64,000 nucleotides of DNA from an uncultured Gemmatimonadales bacterium (GTDB lineage: Bacteria > Gemmatimonadota > Gemmatimonadetes > Gemmatimonadales > Gemmatimonadaceae): assembly GCA_963851265.1 (NCBI GenBank), contig CAWKNZ010000005.1, forward strand, positions 96,001 through 160,000, written 5' to 3'. A program made the translations under genes and the position numbers. Below the pieces are notes generated by a model, which was not told the origin of the DNA, did not search any database, and saw only the letters and a list, made by a program, of their open reading frames with translations. Below, piece after piece: positions 1 through 9,872 of the stretch; positions within the stretch are counted from its first letter, which is position 1; every line of letters starts with the position of its first letter.

Positions 1-837
1 CGCCGCGAGATCGAAGCGGTACATCCGCCCGCCGTTGTTGTAGATCAGCGCGCGACCGTCGGGCGTCCAGTTGGGCGCCTGGATCGCGTCGGGCGAGCGG
101 TAGATGATGCGCCGGTCGCCGGTCGCGACGTCGAGCAGTTCGAGGTCGGCGCCGAGATAGGTACGGTACGGGACGAAACCGGGCGGAGCCGGTACGGTGA
201 TCCGCACGTCGCGGAAGTTCCCGCGCTCGACCACCGAGTCGTTGTGCGCACAGACGAACAGCCCCACGTACACCGTGTCGCCGAGCGCGACGTCCGAGAG
301 CTCCTCGGTGGTGAACGTGTCGCCGGCCCGCGCGACCGACATGATGTAGCGGCCGCCGCGGCGCTCGAGCTGGATGACGTCGGCGGCGGTGACGGTCGAC
401 CGCTTCTCCTCCGTTTGCGCGCCGGCCGTGCGCCGGAACTGGAGCGACGTGAGCCCGTCGCCGTGCACGACGGCCGACGCGTGCGGCGACTCGGGCGCGA
501 GCGTCGAACGCACCATCCACCCGAGCTTCCGGTGCGCCTCGACGCCCTTGCCGACGAGGTTGGCGCGCGCGGTGACGATGAAGTCCCCGGTCATGCGCTT
601 CCACACGAAGTGGAACGCGTCGCGGGCCGCCCACACGTTGGCGCCCGACCCCGCGACGGTGTACTCCCCGCGGGCGGCGTCGTACGACGCGGAGCCGGCG
701 TGGTGCACGGCGCCGACGTCGGTTTGCCCGTCGAAGTCGCCGAGCGCGCCGCCGCGCGGCGCCTGCGCGCCAGCGAGGGCGGGGAGGAGGAGGACTGCGG
801 CCACGGCGCGGAGGCGGGCGCGGAGCGAATCGAGCAT
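1..837 (-). CDS. Secreted TolB-like/beta-propeller periplasmic protein (runs off the window edge)
   Basis: Manual translation from ATG 837: signal peptide MLDSLRARLRAVAAVLLLPALAGAQ, then DAFHFVWKRMTGDF, and a PD40-like repeat 'IQAPNWTPDGRALIYN'. No stop before base 1, so it is missing from the ORF track. Confidence 0.75.
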   Translation of the reverse strand, partial: MLDSLRARLRAVAAVLLLPALAGAQAPRGGALGDFDGQTDVGAVHHAGSASYDAARGEYTVAGSGANVWAARDAFHFVWKRMTGDFIVTARANLVGKGVEAHRKLGWMVRSTLAPESPHASAVVHGDGLTSLQFRRTAGAQTEEKRSTVTAADVIQLERRGGRYIMSVARAGDTFTTEELSDVALGDTVYVGLFVCAHNDSVVERGNFRDVRITVPAPPGFVPYRTYLGADLELLDVATGDRRIIYRSPDAIQAPNWTPDGRALIYNNGGRMYRFDLAA

Positions 838-882
838 GGTGGCGGAGGGGGAAAGTGGAGCGCGGCCGCGGAGGGCGGCCGG

Positions 883-980
883 CGAGCACACGCGTCGAGC
901 ACACGCGTCGAGCACACGCGTCGAGCACACGCGTCGAGCACACGCGTCGAGCACGCACGTCGAGCGCAGGTCGAGCACAC
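883..980. repeat. 13-bp tandem repeat (CGAGCACACGCGT)x5 plus degenerate copies
   Basis: Five perfect adjacent units at 883-947, then variants to 980, in the divergent intergenic region. Confidence 0.95.
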
Positions 981-1158
981 AACATGTGCGCGGGACACGG
1001 GCGCGTCACGTCGTCGGCTCGCCGCGCCCACACCGGCGCGCCGCGCGCACGTCGATTCTTCCCGCCCCGTCGCCCCGCGGCTAGCATAGGGGTGCTCGAC
1101 TGGCGCCCCCGCGGTGCTCGCCGAACGCTGTTCGCCTCACCGTTCCCCGGCTGCCTGC

Positions 1159-3345
1159 ATGACCACTGCGAACGTCGTCTTCCTGATCATCCTCGTGCTC
1201 GCCGCCGGCTTCTTCGCCTACAGCGCGCAGCGGCTCTACGCATTCGCCACCGGCGTCGGCAAACCCGAGGACCGCACGAACGATCCCGGCCGCCGGTTCT
1301 GGAATTTTCTCACCATCGGCCTCGCCCAGACCAAGATCCTGCGCGACCCCGTTGCGGGGGCCATGCACGCGCTCGTGTTCTGGGGCTTCTGCGTGATCAC
1401 GGCGGGCACGGCCGAGATGATGGTGCAGGGCGTGTGGGGCGGCTTCGGGTACGCGAAGTTCCTTCCCGGGCCGGTCTACGGCGCGTTCGCGCTGTCGCAG
1501 GAGCTGTTCGCGCTGCTGGTGTGGGGCGCGGTGAGCTGGCTCATCTACCGCCGGCTCGTGCTCAAGCCGCGGCGGCTGCAGGGCGACGGCGTCGAGACGC
1601 GCGAGGCGGTGATCATCCTCTCGGTGATCGCGGTGCTCATGTTCACGCTGCTGCTGACCAACGCGATGGAGGCGGTGATCGAGCCCGTGATGCGGTCGGG
1701 CACGTCCGGCTACGGCCGCGTCGTCGGTCACCTGTTGGGCCTCGGCCTCGGCCACGTCGTCTCGCCCGAGACGGCGCTCGCGGTGCGCAACGTGAGCTGG
1801 TGGACGCACGCGATCCTCGTGCTCGGCTTCCTCAACTACCTGCCGTTCTCGAAGCACCTGCACGTGCTGGTTTCGCTGCCCAACACGTACCTCAGCAACA
1901 CCGAGGGGCCGGGGCCCAAGGGCGCGATGCGGCCGATGGACCTCGAGGACGAGACGGCCGAGTCGTTCGGCGCGAACGACGTCGAGCAGCTGACGTGGAA
2001 GAACCTGCTCGACGGCTACTCGTGCACGCAGTGCGGGCGCTGCACCGCCGCGTGCCCGGCCAACCTCACCGGGAAGCTGCTGAGCCCGCGCAAGATCGTC
2101 GTCAACGTGCGGCAGCGGTTGATGGAGAAGGCGCCGCTCGTCGTGCACGACTTCGACGAGTTGCGGCACCACCGGCTCGACGGCGGCGAGGGCGCGGACG
2201 GGCTCGCGGCCGAGGGGGGCGCGAAGACCGCGGCCGACATCATGGGCAACACGCTCCTCGACAACTACATCACGGAAGAGGAGCTGTGGGCGTGCACGAG
2301 CTGCCGCGCGTGCGTGCAGGAGTGCCCGGTGAGCATCGACCAGCTCGACGTGATCAACGAGATGCGCCGCTACCTCGTGCTCTCGGAGTCGCGCTTCCCG
2401 GAGCAGCTGCAGCCCGCGTTCACGTCGATGGAGCGCAACGGGAGCCCGTGGGCGTTCTCACCCTCGGTGCGCGAGGAGTGGGCCGAGGGGATGGACATCC
2501 CGACGATGGCCGAGGCCTTCGAGGCGGGCCGGCGGCCCGAGCTGCTGTTCTGGGTCGGGTGCATGGGCTCGTTCGACGACCGCGCCAAGAAGATCACCGT
2601 CGCGTTCGCGCGCGTGCTCAAGGCGGCGGGCGTCGACTTCGCGATCTTGGGGCAGGAAGAGACCTGCCACGGCGACCCCGCACGCCGCATGGGGAACGAG
2701 TACCTGTACCAGACGCTCGCGAAGGGCGCGATCGAGACGTTGGACCGGTACGAGGTGAAGACCGTGGTCACCTTCTGCCCGCACTGCTTCCACCAGATCG
2801 GCAACGAATTCCCGCAGTTAGGTGGGAACTACGAGGTGATCCACCACACCACGTACATCGAGCGGCTGTTGCAGCAAGGGCTGGTGCCGTTGGACACGGA
2901 CGAGGGGAAGCGCCTGACGATGGTCTACCACGACAGCTGCTATCTCGGGCGCTACAACGACGTCTACGACGCGCCGCGCAACACGCTCAAGCGCGCGCTC
3001 CCCGTGGTGAACCTCGTCGAGCCGAAGCGGACGAAGAGTCGTGGGCTGTGCTGCGGCGCGGGCGGCGGGCGCATGTGGATGGAGGAGGACGCGGGCAAGC
3101 GCATCAACGTGGAGCGTACCGAGGAGCTGCTCGCGACGGGTGCGGAGGCGATCGCGCTCGCGTGCCCGTTCTGCATGACGATGATGACCGACGGCGTCAC
3201 GGCGGCAGGGAGCGACGTGCCGGTGCTCGACATCTCCGAGGTGGTCGCGTCGCGGCTCAAGGGAAGCGCGACGGCGGCGCTCGCGCCCGGCGGCGGGGCG
3301 GACGCGGGCGGCGCGAACGCCGGGCTTGCGATGGCCGGCGACTGA
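1159..3345 (+). CDS. Membrane-anchored Fe-S oxidoreductase (FadF/GlpC/HdrD-like; TM domain + 4Fe-4S + CCG domains)
   Basis: N-terminal TM helices; [11 protein letters not shown] and [11 protein letters not shown] ferredoxin motifs; YHDSC..LGR, CCGAGGG and ACPFC CCG-domain motifs. Confidence 0.88.
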   Translation: MTTANVVFLIILVLAAGFFAYSAQRLYAFATGVGKPEDRTNDPGRRFWNFLTIGLAQTKILRDPVAGAMHALVFWGFCVITAGTAEMMVQGVWGGFGYAKFLPGPVYGAFALSQELFALLVWGAVSWLIYRRLVLKPRRLQGDGVETREAVIILSVIAVLMFTLLLTNAMEAVIEPVMRSGTSGYGRVVGHLLGLGLGHVVSPETALAVRNVSWWTHAILVLGFLNYLPFSKHLHVLVSLPNTYLSNTEGPGPKGAMRPMDLEDETAESFGANDVEQLTWKNLLDGYSCTQCGRCTAACPANLTGKLLSPRKIVVNVRQRLMEKAPLVVHDFDELRHHRLDGGEGADGLAAEGGAKTAADIMGNTLLDNYITEEELWACTSCRACVQECPVSIDQLDVINEMRRYLVLSESRFPEQLQPAFTSMERNGSPWAFSPSVREEWAEGMDIPTMAEAFEAGRRPELLFWVGCMGSFDDRAKKITVAFARVLKAAGVDFAILGQEETCHGDPARRMGNEYLYQTLAKGAIETLDRYEVKTVVTFCPHCFHQIGNEFPQLGGNYEVIHHTTYIERLLQQGLVPLDTDEGKRLTMVYHDSCYLGRYNDVYDAPRNTLKRALPVVNLVEPKRTKSRGLCCGAGGGRMWMEEDAGKRINVERTEELLATGAEAIALACPFCMTMMTDGVTAAGSDVPVLDISEVVASRLKGSATAALAPGGGADAGGANAGLAMAGD

Positions 3346-3430
3346 CGCGGCACACGGTGTGACTCGCACGGGAGGGCGCCGCTCGCGGAGTGGCGCCCTT
3401 CATCGCGTATCTCCCTTGCGAGGTGTTCTG

Positions 3431-3955
3431 ATGGCAGACCAGGCGAAGAACCAGGGCGGGAACGACGCCGCCGACGAGCGGCAGAACGAGCCCCGGCAGG
3501 GCATTCCGGGCAAGGGCTTCGACGCCGGCACCGGCTACGGTGGGGGCGGCAACGACTCGCTGTACGACGCCGAATCCAGCTACGGCGGGCAGAGCGGGAT
3601 CGGCGGCAGCCGCACGCGTGGCGCGTACGCGGGCGAGGGGTACGGGCGCTCGGGCCCGGGCGAGGAGGCGAGCGCGGGCGGGCCGAGCGGTGGCGAAACG
3701 GACGTCAGCGACGACGCGATGGATGGCGGGTCGAACGTGGCGCGCGACACCGACGGGCGTGGCAGCGCCAACGACTCGAGCGACGCGCCGGCCGACCCCG
3801 ACGTCGAGGCCGTGACGGACGCGTTCGAAGGGCAGGGCGCCTCGACCTCCGCGTCGTCCGACGATATGCCCGCCAGCGGCCTGTCCCAGGACGGGCCCGA
3901 CGCGATCGATCTCGACGACTTCTCGGGCGGGAGCCGGCGCGAGCCCGGGCGCTGA
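3431..3955 (+). CDS. Hypothetical acidic Gly/Asp/Ser-rich low-complexity protein
   Basis: ATG 3431 preceded by a GAGGTG RBS; composition typical of a disordered protein. Confidence 0.7.
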   Translation: MADQAKNQGGNDAADERQNEPRQGIPGKGFDAGTGYGGGGNDSLYDAESSYGGQSGIGGSRTRGAYAGEGYGRSGPGEEASAGGPSGGETDVSDDAMDGGSNVARDTDGRGSANDSSDAPADPDVEAVTDAFEGQGASTSASSDDMPASGLSQDGPDAIDLDDFSGGSRREPGR

Positions 3956-3979
3956 CCACGCGGCCCGCGGGGGCGGTGG

Positions 3980-4669
3980 TCAGCGCCGGCCCAGCGCGTA
4001 CGTCGCGATGGTCTGCCGCGTCCCGTTCGCCTCGATCGTCTCGGCTTCGGGCTCACGCACGACCAGCCCGAGCGCCTGCGCCGCCTCGACGAATGCCGGC
4101 GCCGCGATCCGCCCAGGGTCGGTGACGAGCGCGACGCCCCCCCGCGCGAGCGTGCCAGCGATCGCGCGTGCGACGAGCGCTGCGTACGGCCGCTCGTACA
4201 GCACGTCCGACGCGACGACCACGTCGAAGTGCCCCAGGTCGCGCGGCATCGCCCGCCAGTCGACGAGCCGCGTCGCGCACGCGCGCCCCGTCGCGCGCCA
4301 GACGTTGGCGGCGGTGAAGCGGAGTGCGTCGGCGTAGTAGTCGGTCGCGGTCACGTCGAACCCCGCGCGCGCGGCCGCGACCGCGGCCACGCCGCTCCCG
4401 CAGCCCAGTTCCAGCAGCCGCCGCCCCGCGCCGGCTTCGCCGAGCAGCCGCGCGGCGAGCACGCGCGTGGACGGCCAGACGTCGGCCCAGTACGGCAGCC
4501 GCTCGTCGTGCGCGAACGCGTCCTCGTCGATCAGCGCCTCGGGCTCCGCGGGGCGCAGGATCGAAAGCGCCGCGCGCCCGACGGGCACCTCCTCGACCAC
4601 CGTCGCGAACTCGCGCTCGAGCGCGGCCACGAGCGCCGCGCCGTCCGGGTCGGGCGCCGCGTCCGTCAC
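3980..4669 (-). CDS. Class I SAM-dependent methyltransferase (METTL21/family-16-like)
   Basis: PYWADVWPS, LELGCGSG and DVVVASDVLY motifs; GTG start overlaps the moeA stop (GTGA). Confidence 0.85.
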   Translation of the reverse strand: MTDAAPDPDGAALVAALEREFATVVEEVPVGRAALSILRPAEPEALIDEDAFAHDERLPYWADVWPSTRVLAARLLGEAGAGRRLLELGCGSGVAAVAAARAGFDVTATDYYADALRFTAANVWRATGRACATRLVDWRAMPRDLGHFDVVVASDVLYERPYAALVARAIAGTLARGGVALVTDPGRIAAPAFVEAAQALGLVVREPEAETIEANGTRQTIATYALGRR

Positions 4670-6078
4670 GCGCCCTCGTACGACGGCTGCGCCGCGCACG
4701 CGAACGGGTCGCCCGCGAGCGCGTCGCCGCCTAACGGCAGCACTCGGACGGCCGCCCCGGCGGGCAGCGCGCGCACGCCCGCGGGCACCACGGCGAGCGC
4801 GTCGGCCGCGGCCACCGACGACAGCAGCCCGGAGCCTTGCGGCCCGGTGAGCCGCGCGACGAGCCCGCCCCCGTCGTCGGTGTCGAGCGTCGCGCGCAGG
4901 AAGTGCGTCAGCGGCGCCGCGGTGCGCAGCGGCTCGCCCAGGGTGGCGCGCAGGGTGCGCCGGAACGGGCGCGCGTCGCCGGCGAGCGCGCGCAGCAGCG
5001 GGCGCACGAACAGGCCGAAGGTGACGACCGTCGACACCGGGTTCCCCGGCAGGCCGAACCAGGGCACGCCCGACTCGGCAGGCTCCGCGCCGTCGCGGGG
5101 CGGCAGCGTGCCGAAGGCGAGCGGCCCGCCGGGGCGCATCCGCACGCGCCAGAACCCGAGGGCGCCGCCGAGGGCGGCGATGGCGGGGCGGACGAGGTCG
5201 CGCGGGCCGACGCTCACACCGCCCGTGGTGAGCAGCACGTCGCACCCGGCGTCGCGCGCCTCGGCGATGCGGCCCCGCACGCCGTCGGGCGTGTCGGGCG
5301 CGATGCCGTAGTCGACCGGCTCGCCCCCCGCGGCCCGCACGAGCGCGGCGAGCGCGTACGCGTTCGCGTTGACGATCGCGGCGCCGTCGCGCGCGCGCTC
5401 GTGGCCGACGCCGCCGGGCGCGACGTCGGCGAGATCGACGAGTTCGTCGCCCGATGCCACGATCGCGACGCGCGGGCGGCGCGCGACCACGACGTGCGAC
5501 GCCCCGGCCGCCGCGAGCAGCCCGACCACGCCGGGCGTCACGGCCGTTCCCGCGGGTGCGGCCACGGTGCCGGCGCGCAGGTCCTCACCCGCGGGACGCA
5601 CGTTGCGCCGCGCCACCCCACCCGCCGTCTCCTCCTGGCGCGCGTCCCGGTCGTCGCGCACGAGCACGGCGTCGGCGCCACCCGCGTCGGCCGCGGGTGC
5701 CGTGTCCTCGACCCGCACCACCGCGTCGGCCCCGTCGGGCACCGGCGCGCCCGTCGCGATCCGCACGGCCTCGCGTGCGCCTAACGTACCGTCCCAGCGC
5801 GCGCCCGCGGGCGCGTCGCCGACCACCCGCAGGCGGACGGGCGCGCCGGGAGCCGCGCCGGCGACGTCGGCGGCACGCACCGCGTAGCCGTCCATCGCGG
5901 CGTTCGCCCAGGGCGGCACGTCCCACCCCGCCCGCACGTCGGCGGCGAGGACGCGGCCGAGTGCGTCGGCGAGTGCGAGGTGCTCGGGGCCTAACGTACG
6001 CGCGCCGGCGAGGACCGCGGCGAGCGCCTCGTCGACCCCGAGGCGTTCGCGGGCGGTCGGGTGTCGCGACCCGCTCAC
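4666..6078 (-). CDS. moeA: Molybdopterin molybdotransferase MoeA
   Basis: AAMDGYAV, RIATGAPVP, SGDEL, TTGGVSVG and GLPGNPVS motifs. Confidence 0.93.
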   Translation of the reverse strand: MSGSRHPTARERLGVDEALAAVLAGARTLGPEHLALADALGRVLAADVRAGWDVPPWANAAMDGYAVRAADVAGAAPGAPVRLRVVGDAPAGARWDGTLGAREAVRIATGAPVPDGADAVVRVEDTAPAADAGGADAVLVRDDRDARQEETAGGVARRNVRPAGEDLRAGTVAAPAGTAVTPGVVGLLAAAGASHVVVARRPRVAIVASGDELVDLADVAPGGVGHERARDGAAIVNANAYALAALVRAAGGEPVDYGIAPDTPDGVRGRIAEARDAGCDVLLTTGGVSVGPRDLVRPAIAALGGALGFWRVRMRPGGPLAFGTLPPRDGAEPAESGVPWFGLPGNPVSTVVTFGLFVRPLLRALAGDARPFRRTLRATLGEPLRTAAPLTHFLRATLDTDDGGGLVARLTGPQGSGLLSSVAAADALAVVPAGVRALPAGAAVRVLPLGGDALAGDPFACAAQPSYEGA

Positions 6079-6115
6079 GCGCGAGCCGCGGCGCGGCACC
6101 GCACGGCGACGCCGC

Positions 6116-7902
6116 TCACCGTCGTGCCGCCGCCGCCGCCGGGCCGCGCGCGCGCAACATCGCGATCCGCAACGCGATCGCGTCCTGCACGCGCGTCACC
6201 GCGGCCGACGGCGCCGTGTAGTTGTTGCAGAGCACCGAGAAGATCACCAGCTCATCGTCCGCGGTCGTCGCGTAGCCGGACAGACTGCGCACGCGGTCGA
6301 CGGATCCGGTCTTCGCCCTCACGCGCCCGGCCGCGGGCGTGCCGCGCAACCGTCCCGCGAGCGTGCCGTCGACTCCCGCGATCGGCAGGGCATCGGGGAA
6401 CGTGCCGTCCGACAGTCGGCGCGCCTCGTCGAGCACGCGCACGAGCGCCCGCGGGGTCACGAAGTCGTGGCGCGACAGCCCGCTGCCATCGCGCACGACC
6501 GCGTCGCGCTCGGGCTCGACGCCCCACGCGCGCAGACGGTCGCCGACCACGCGCCGCGCGCTGTCGCCCGACGCCGACCCGGCCCCCACGCGCCCTAACG
6601 TCAGGAAGAGCGCCTCGGCGATCTGGTTCTGCGACGGCTTCTCCATCGCCGGGAGCACGTCGCGGAGCGGGGCCGAGGTGATGACGGCGAGGGTGTCGAG
6701 CGGCGGGGGCGCGGGCGCGCACCCGTCACGACAGCGCGCGTCGGCGGTTGCGCCGCGCGCGTGCCGCCCCTGCCGCAGCGTGCCCTGCGGTGGCGCGTCC
6801 TGCACCGCGACGCCGCGGGCGCGGAGCGCGTTGCGCAACGCGCCCGCGTACGCGCGCCGCGGGTCGTGGATCCCGAGTTCCAGCACCACGCTGTCGTTCG
6901 CCGGTATCGCGCCGCGGAACGCGTAGCGACGCGCGTCGTAGTCCCAGCGTGCCTGCACCGCCGGTCCGGCCGTGGTGCCCGCCGCGATGGTGCGGACGTC
7001 GACCGGGTACTCGTCCACCGGTACGGCCGAGGGGGTCGGGCGGACCGCCACGTGCGCGCCCGCGCCAACCCGCGGACCGCCGAACACGACGGCGCGCGCC
7101 ACGCCGTCGTTGAACAGCAACTCCGTCACGCCCGCGCCCGACGGCGTGTCGAGGTCGTCCCACTCCCACCCGAACTTCCAGGGGCCTTCCGCCCACGGGC
7201 CCTCCGCCCACGGGCCTTCCACTCGCGGGCCCGCTGCCGACGGGTCCCCTGGCCGCCCGCCCGCGGCCGGCGCCTGCGCCGAGGACCCGTCCGACGCGAC
7301 GACGTCGCCCGTGACGCGGCGGATGCCGCGCGCCCACACCGAGTCGGCGAGGGCCCGGATCGGCCCCATCGCGTCGCCGTGCTGCATCGCGGCGCTCACC
7401 GTCGGGTCGCCGCTCCCGAGCACGTAGAGGTCGCCCTGCAGCGTGCCGTTCGGGCGGGCCGCGCCGCGCGCCGCCGCGACCGCCGTGCGCCAGCGGTACT
7501 CCGGCCCGAGGTTCGCGAGAGCGACCGCGCCGGTGATGATCTTCTGGTTCGACGCCGGGATGAAGAGCTTGCCCGCGTTGCGCGCGTAGAGCGTGTCGCC
7601 GGTGCGCGGGTTGACGACGAGCACCCCCCACTGCGCGCCCGCCCACTGCGGGTCGGCGAGCAGCGAGTCGATACCGGCTGCGAGCGCCGCGGGGGAGTCG
7701 GCCGCGTCGGGCGACTGCGATGCGTTAGGCGCGATACGGGCGCCGGGGACGCTCGGCCCGACCGGTGCGGCCGCGGGTCGCGGTCCGGCCGCCGGCGCGC
7801 CGGCTCGCCCCGCGCAGGCGCGCACGCCACGGCCGCGCACGCCGCGGCCCCCGCGGCCATCAACGCGCCGCGCACGCCGCCGGCCGCGCGACGAAGCGTC
7901 AT
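6116..7902 (-). CDS. dacB: D-Ala-D-Ala carboxypeptidase/endopeptidase PBP4 (likely frameshift near the 5' end)
   Basis: SxxK (ASNQK), SxN (SQN), DGSGLSR and KTG motifs in ORF 6116..7840. An ATG at 7902 coupled to the queD stop encodes a lipoprotein-like signal in another frame. Confidence 0.88.
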
Positions 7903-8351
7903 GCGTCGCGCGCGGGCTCGAAGGTCGCGCTCAGCGTCTCGTCCTCGGCGACGACGACGCGGGTGACCGTCGGCGCGGTCGGCGGGCCGGCGGCTGCGGC
8001 GTCGAGTCGCCGCTGCACGCGCTCCGCGATCTGCCGCGCGAGGTTCTCGCCCGTGGGAATCAGCGCGCCGTCCGCGAACTCCGGGACGTCCGTGTTGAGG
8101 TTGCGGTGGTCGAACCGCTCGCGCACCTCGTCGTGCAGCACGCGGTCGAGCAGCGGCAGGTCGATGCAGAACCCGGTGTCGGGGTCGACCGGTCCGCGCA
8201 CGGTCACGTGGCAGGTGTAGCTGTGCCCGTGGAAGTTGGGCCGCGCGCACGGGCCGAACACGGCGGCGTTGCGCTCGTCCGTCCAGTCGGGGCGGCGGTA
8301 GCGGTGGGCCGCGGCGAAGGTCACGCGGCGGGTGAGGGAAGAGAAGGGCAT
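7899..8351 (-). CDS. queD: 6-carboxy-5,6,7,8-tetrahydropterin synthase / PTPS family
   Basis: FAAAH, C..HGHSY, DHRNLN and PTGENLA motifs. Confidence 0.88.
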   Translation of the reverse strand: MPFSSLTRRVTFAAAHRYRRPDWTDERNAAVFGPCARPNFHGHSYTCHVTVRGPVDPDTGFCIDLPLLDRVLHDEVRERFDHRNLNTDVPEFADGALIPTGENLARQIAERVQRRLDAAAAGPPTAPTVTRVVVAEDETLSATFEPARDA

Positions 8352-8515
8352 GCAGGTGACGTGGGGGGTGGGTGATCGCGCAGGGCCGCGACCGGCCGTT
8401 CATGAAACGGCCGGGGATGAAAACCCCGGGGATGACACGGCCCCGGTGTTCGATCAGCACCGATCCCCGGCCGGACACGGCCCGGCACGGGTCACCACCT
8501 CTGCCACCCCAGCGC

Positions 8516-9037
8516 TCAGTGATCCTCGCCGTACTCCCCAGCCCCAGCATCCGTCCCCCGGATGCCTTCCGGCGTCGGGGCGTCGGGGGGGATGTAGGTC
8601 GTCCCGTGCGCGATCGCGTCGTGCATGTCCGTCGTGCCGAACATGCGCTCGTCGAGGTCCTCGTCGCCGCGGGCCTCCTGCGCCTCGTCGCTCTGCTGCG
8701 GCGGCATCTCGCCCATGATCGCGCCCGCGCTGCGCTGCTCCTCGTTCAGGTGGTCGTCGATGTCCGTCGACGTCTCGACGCGCCGCACGGCGTCGACCAC
8801 CAGCGAGTTGTCGTAGTCGACCACGCCCACCACGTCGGTGAGCACGTGCTCCGCCACGCGCAGCTCGTCCTCGGTGCCGACGCGCCCCTCGAGGCGCACC
8901 GTGCCGTTCTCGACGATGACCGAGATGTCGTCGATGTCGATCGTCTGCTGGTCCGCGAGGCGGTCGCGGATGAGCTGGCGCAGTTCGTCGTCGTCGAGGT
9001 CGTCGATGCTGCTGAAGTCTTCGTAGTCGCGCGCCAT
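8516..9037 (-). CDS. BON domain-containing acidic protein
   Basis: 'ISVIVENGTVRLEGRV...GVVDYDNSLVV' matches the BON pattern; acidic tail. Confidence 0.82.
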   Translation of the reverse strand: MARDYEDFSSIDDLDDDELRQLIRDRLADQQTIDIDDISVIVENGTVRLEGRVGTEDELRVAEHVLTDVVGVVDYDNSLVVDAVRRVETSTDIDDHLNEEQRSAGAIMGEMPPQQSDEAQEARGDEDLDERMFGTTDMHDAIAHGTTYIPPDAPTPEGIRGTDAGAGEYGEDH

Positions 9038-9072
9038 GAACGAACCTGGAAGGGTCGGGGGGTGGGCGCGCG

Positions 9073-9834
9073 TCAGCGGTGGAACTGGTACGACACGCCC
9101 GCGGTGAACGCGGTGTTGTTGCGGTATCGCGAGAGCGCGGCGTTGGACGGGACGATCGACGAGCTGTCCGGCGCGACGCCGCCGTACGTGGCCCCGTACC
9201 CGGTGGAGGGCCGCGCGTACGCCGCCGGATACCGCACGCGATAGAGCGAGTTGCCGAGGTCGAAACGGAGCGCGTAGCGCGACGTCGGCGACGGCACGTA
9301 CTTCAGCGCGAGGCCGTACGCGAGTGCAAACGAGGTGCCGAAGTCGAACCCGCCGGGGTCGGTCCCGCCGAAGTTGGTGACCACGCCCGCGCCGACGTGC
9401 ACGAGCGGCACGAACCCGTGAAACGTGCGGGACCCGGTGAGCGCGAGCGAAAGGCCGAGGTCGGCCATCGTCAGCGGCCGCTTCTCGGTACCGAGCACGC
9501 GGTCGTTGGCCGGGCGCGCGGGGTCGAGCACGGTGCGATCCGAGAACACGGTGCGCACGCGGGTCGTGAAGATCGCCGGGCCGCCACCGAGGTCGTACTG
9601 CAGCCCGACGAGCCCGCCGCCGCGCGGCGCGACCCCGGCCGGATCCTTGGCCGCGTTGAAATAGCCGCCGAGCAGCGTGAACGACTGATTGTAGACGAGG
9701 TCCGCGAAGGGCGAGCGTGCCGGCGGATAGCCGATCTCGCCGCCCCCCGTCGGCGTTCCCTGCGCGGCGGCCGAGCCCGCGGACCCGCCGACCGTCAACG
9801 CGCCGAGCACCCCGACGCCTAACACGAACCGCAT
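9073..9834 (-). CDS. Putative outer-membrane beta-barrel protein
   Basis: Signal peptide from ATG 9834, amphipathic beta-strands, C-terminal 'TAGVSYQF' barrel signature. Confidence 0.7.
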   Translation of the reverse strand: MRFVLGVGVLGALTVGGSAGSAAAQGTPTGGGEIGYPPARSPFADLVYNQSFTLLGGYFNAAKDPAGVAPRGGGLVGLQYDLGGGPAIFTTRVRTVFSDRTVLDPARPANDRVLGTEKRPLTMADLGLSLALTGSRTFHGFVPLVHVGAGVVTNFGGTDPGGFDFGTSFALAYGLALKYVPSPTSRYALRFDLGNSLYRVRYPAAYARPSTGYGATYGGVAPDSSSIVPSNAALSRYRNNTAFTAGVSYQFHR

Positions 9835-9872
9835 GCGGCCGGATCGCACGCGGCCGAATCGCGCGCGCTCCC

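Noticed and set aside
883..980. CRISPR array
   Set aside because: Units are 13 bp, directly adjacent and without spacers; no cas genes nearby.
8352..8515. PreQ1 or other riboswitch upstream of queD
   Set aside because: Only imperfect 15-bp GC-rich repeats; no recognisable aptamer. An Infernal/Rfam scan would be needed.
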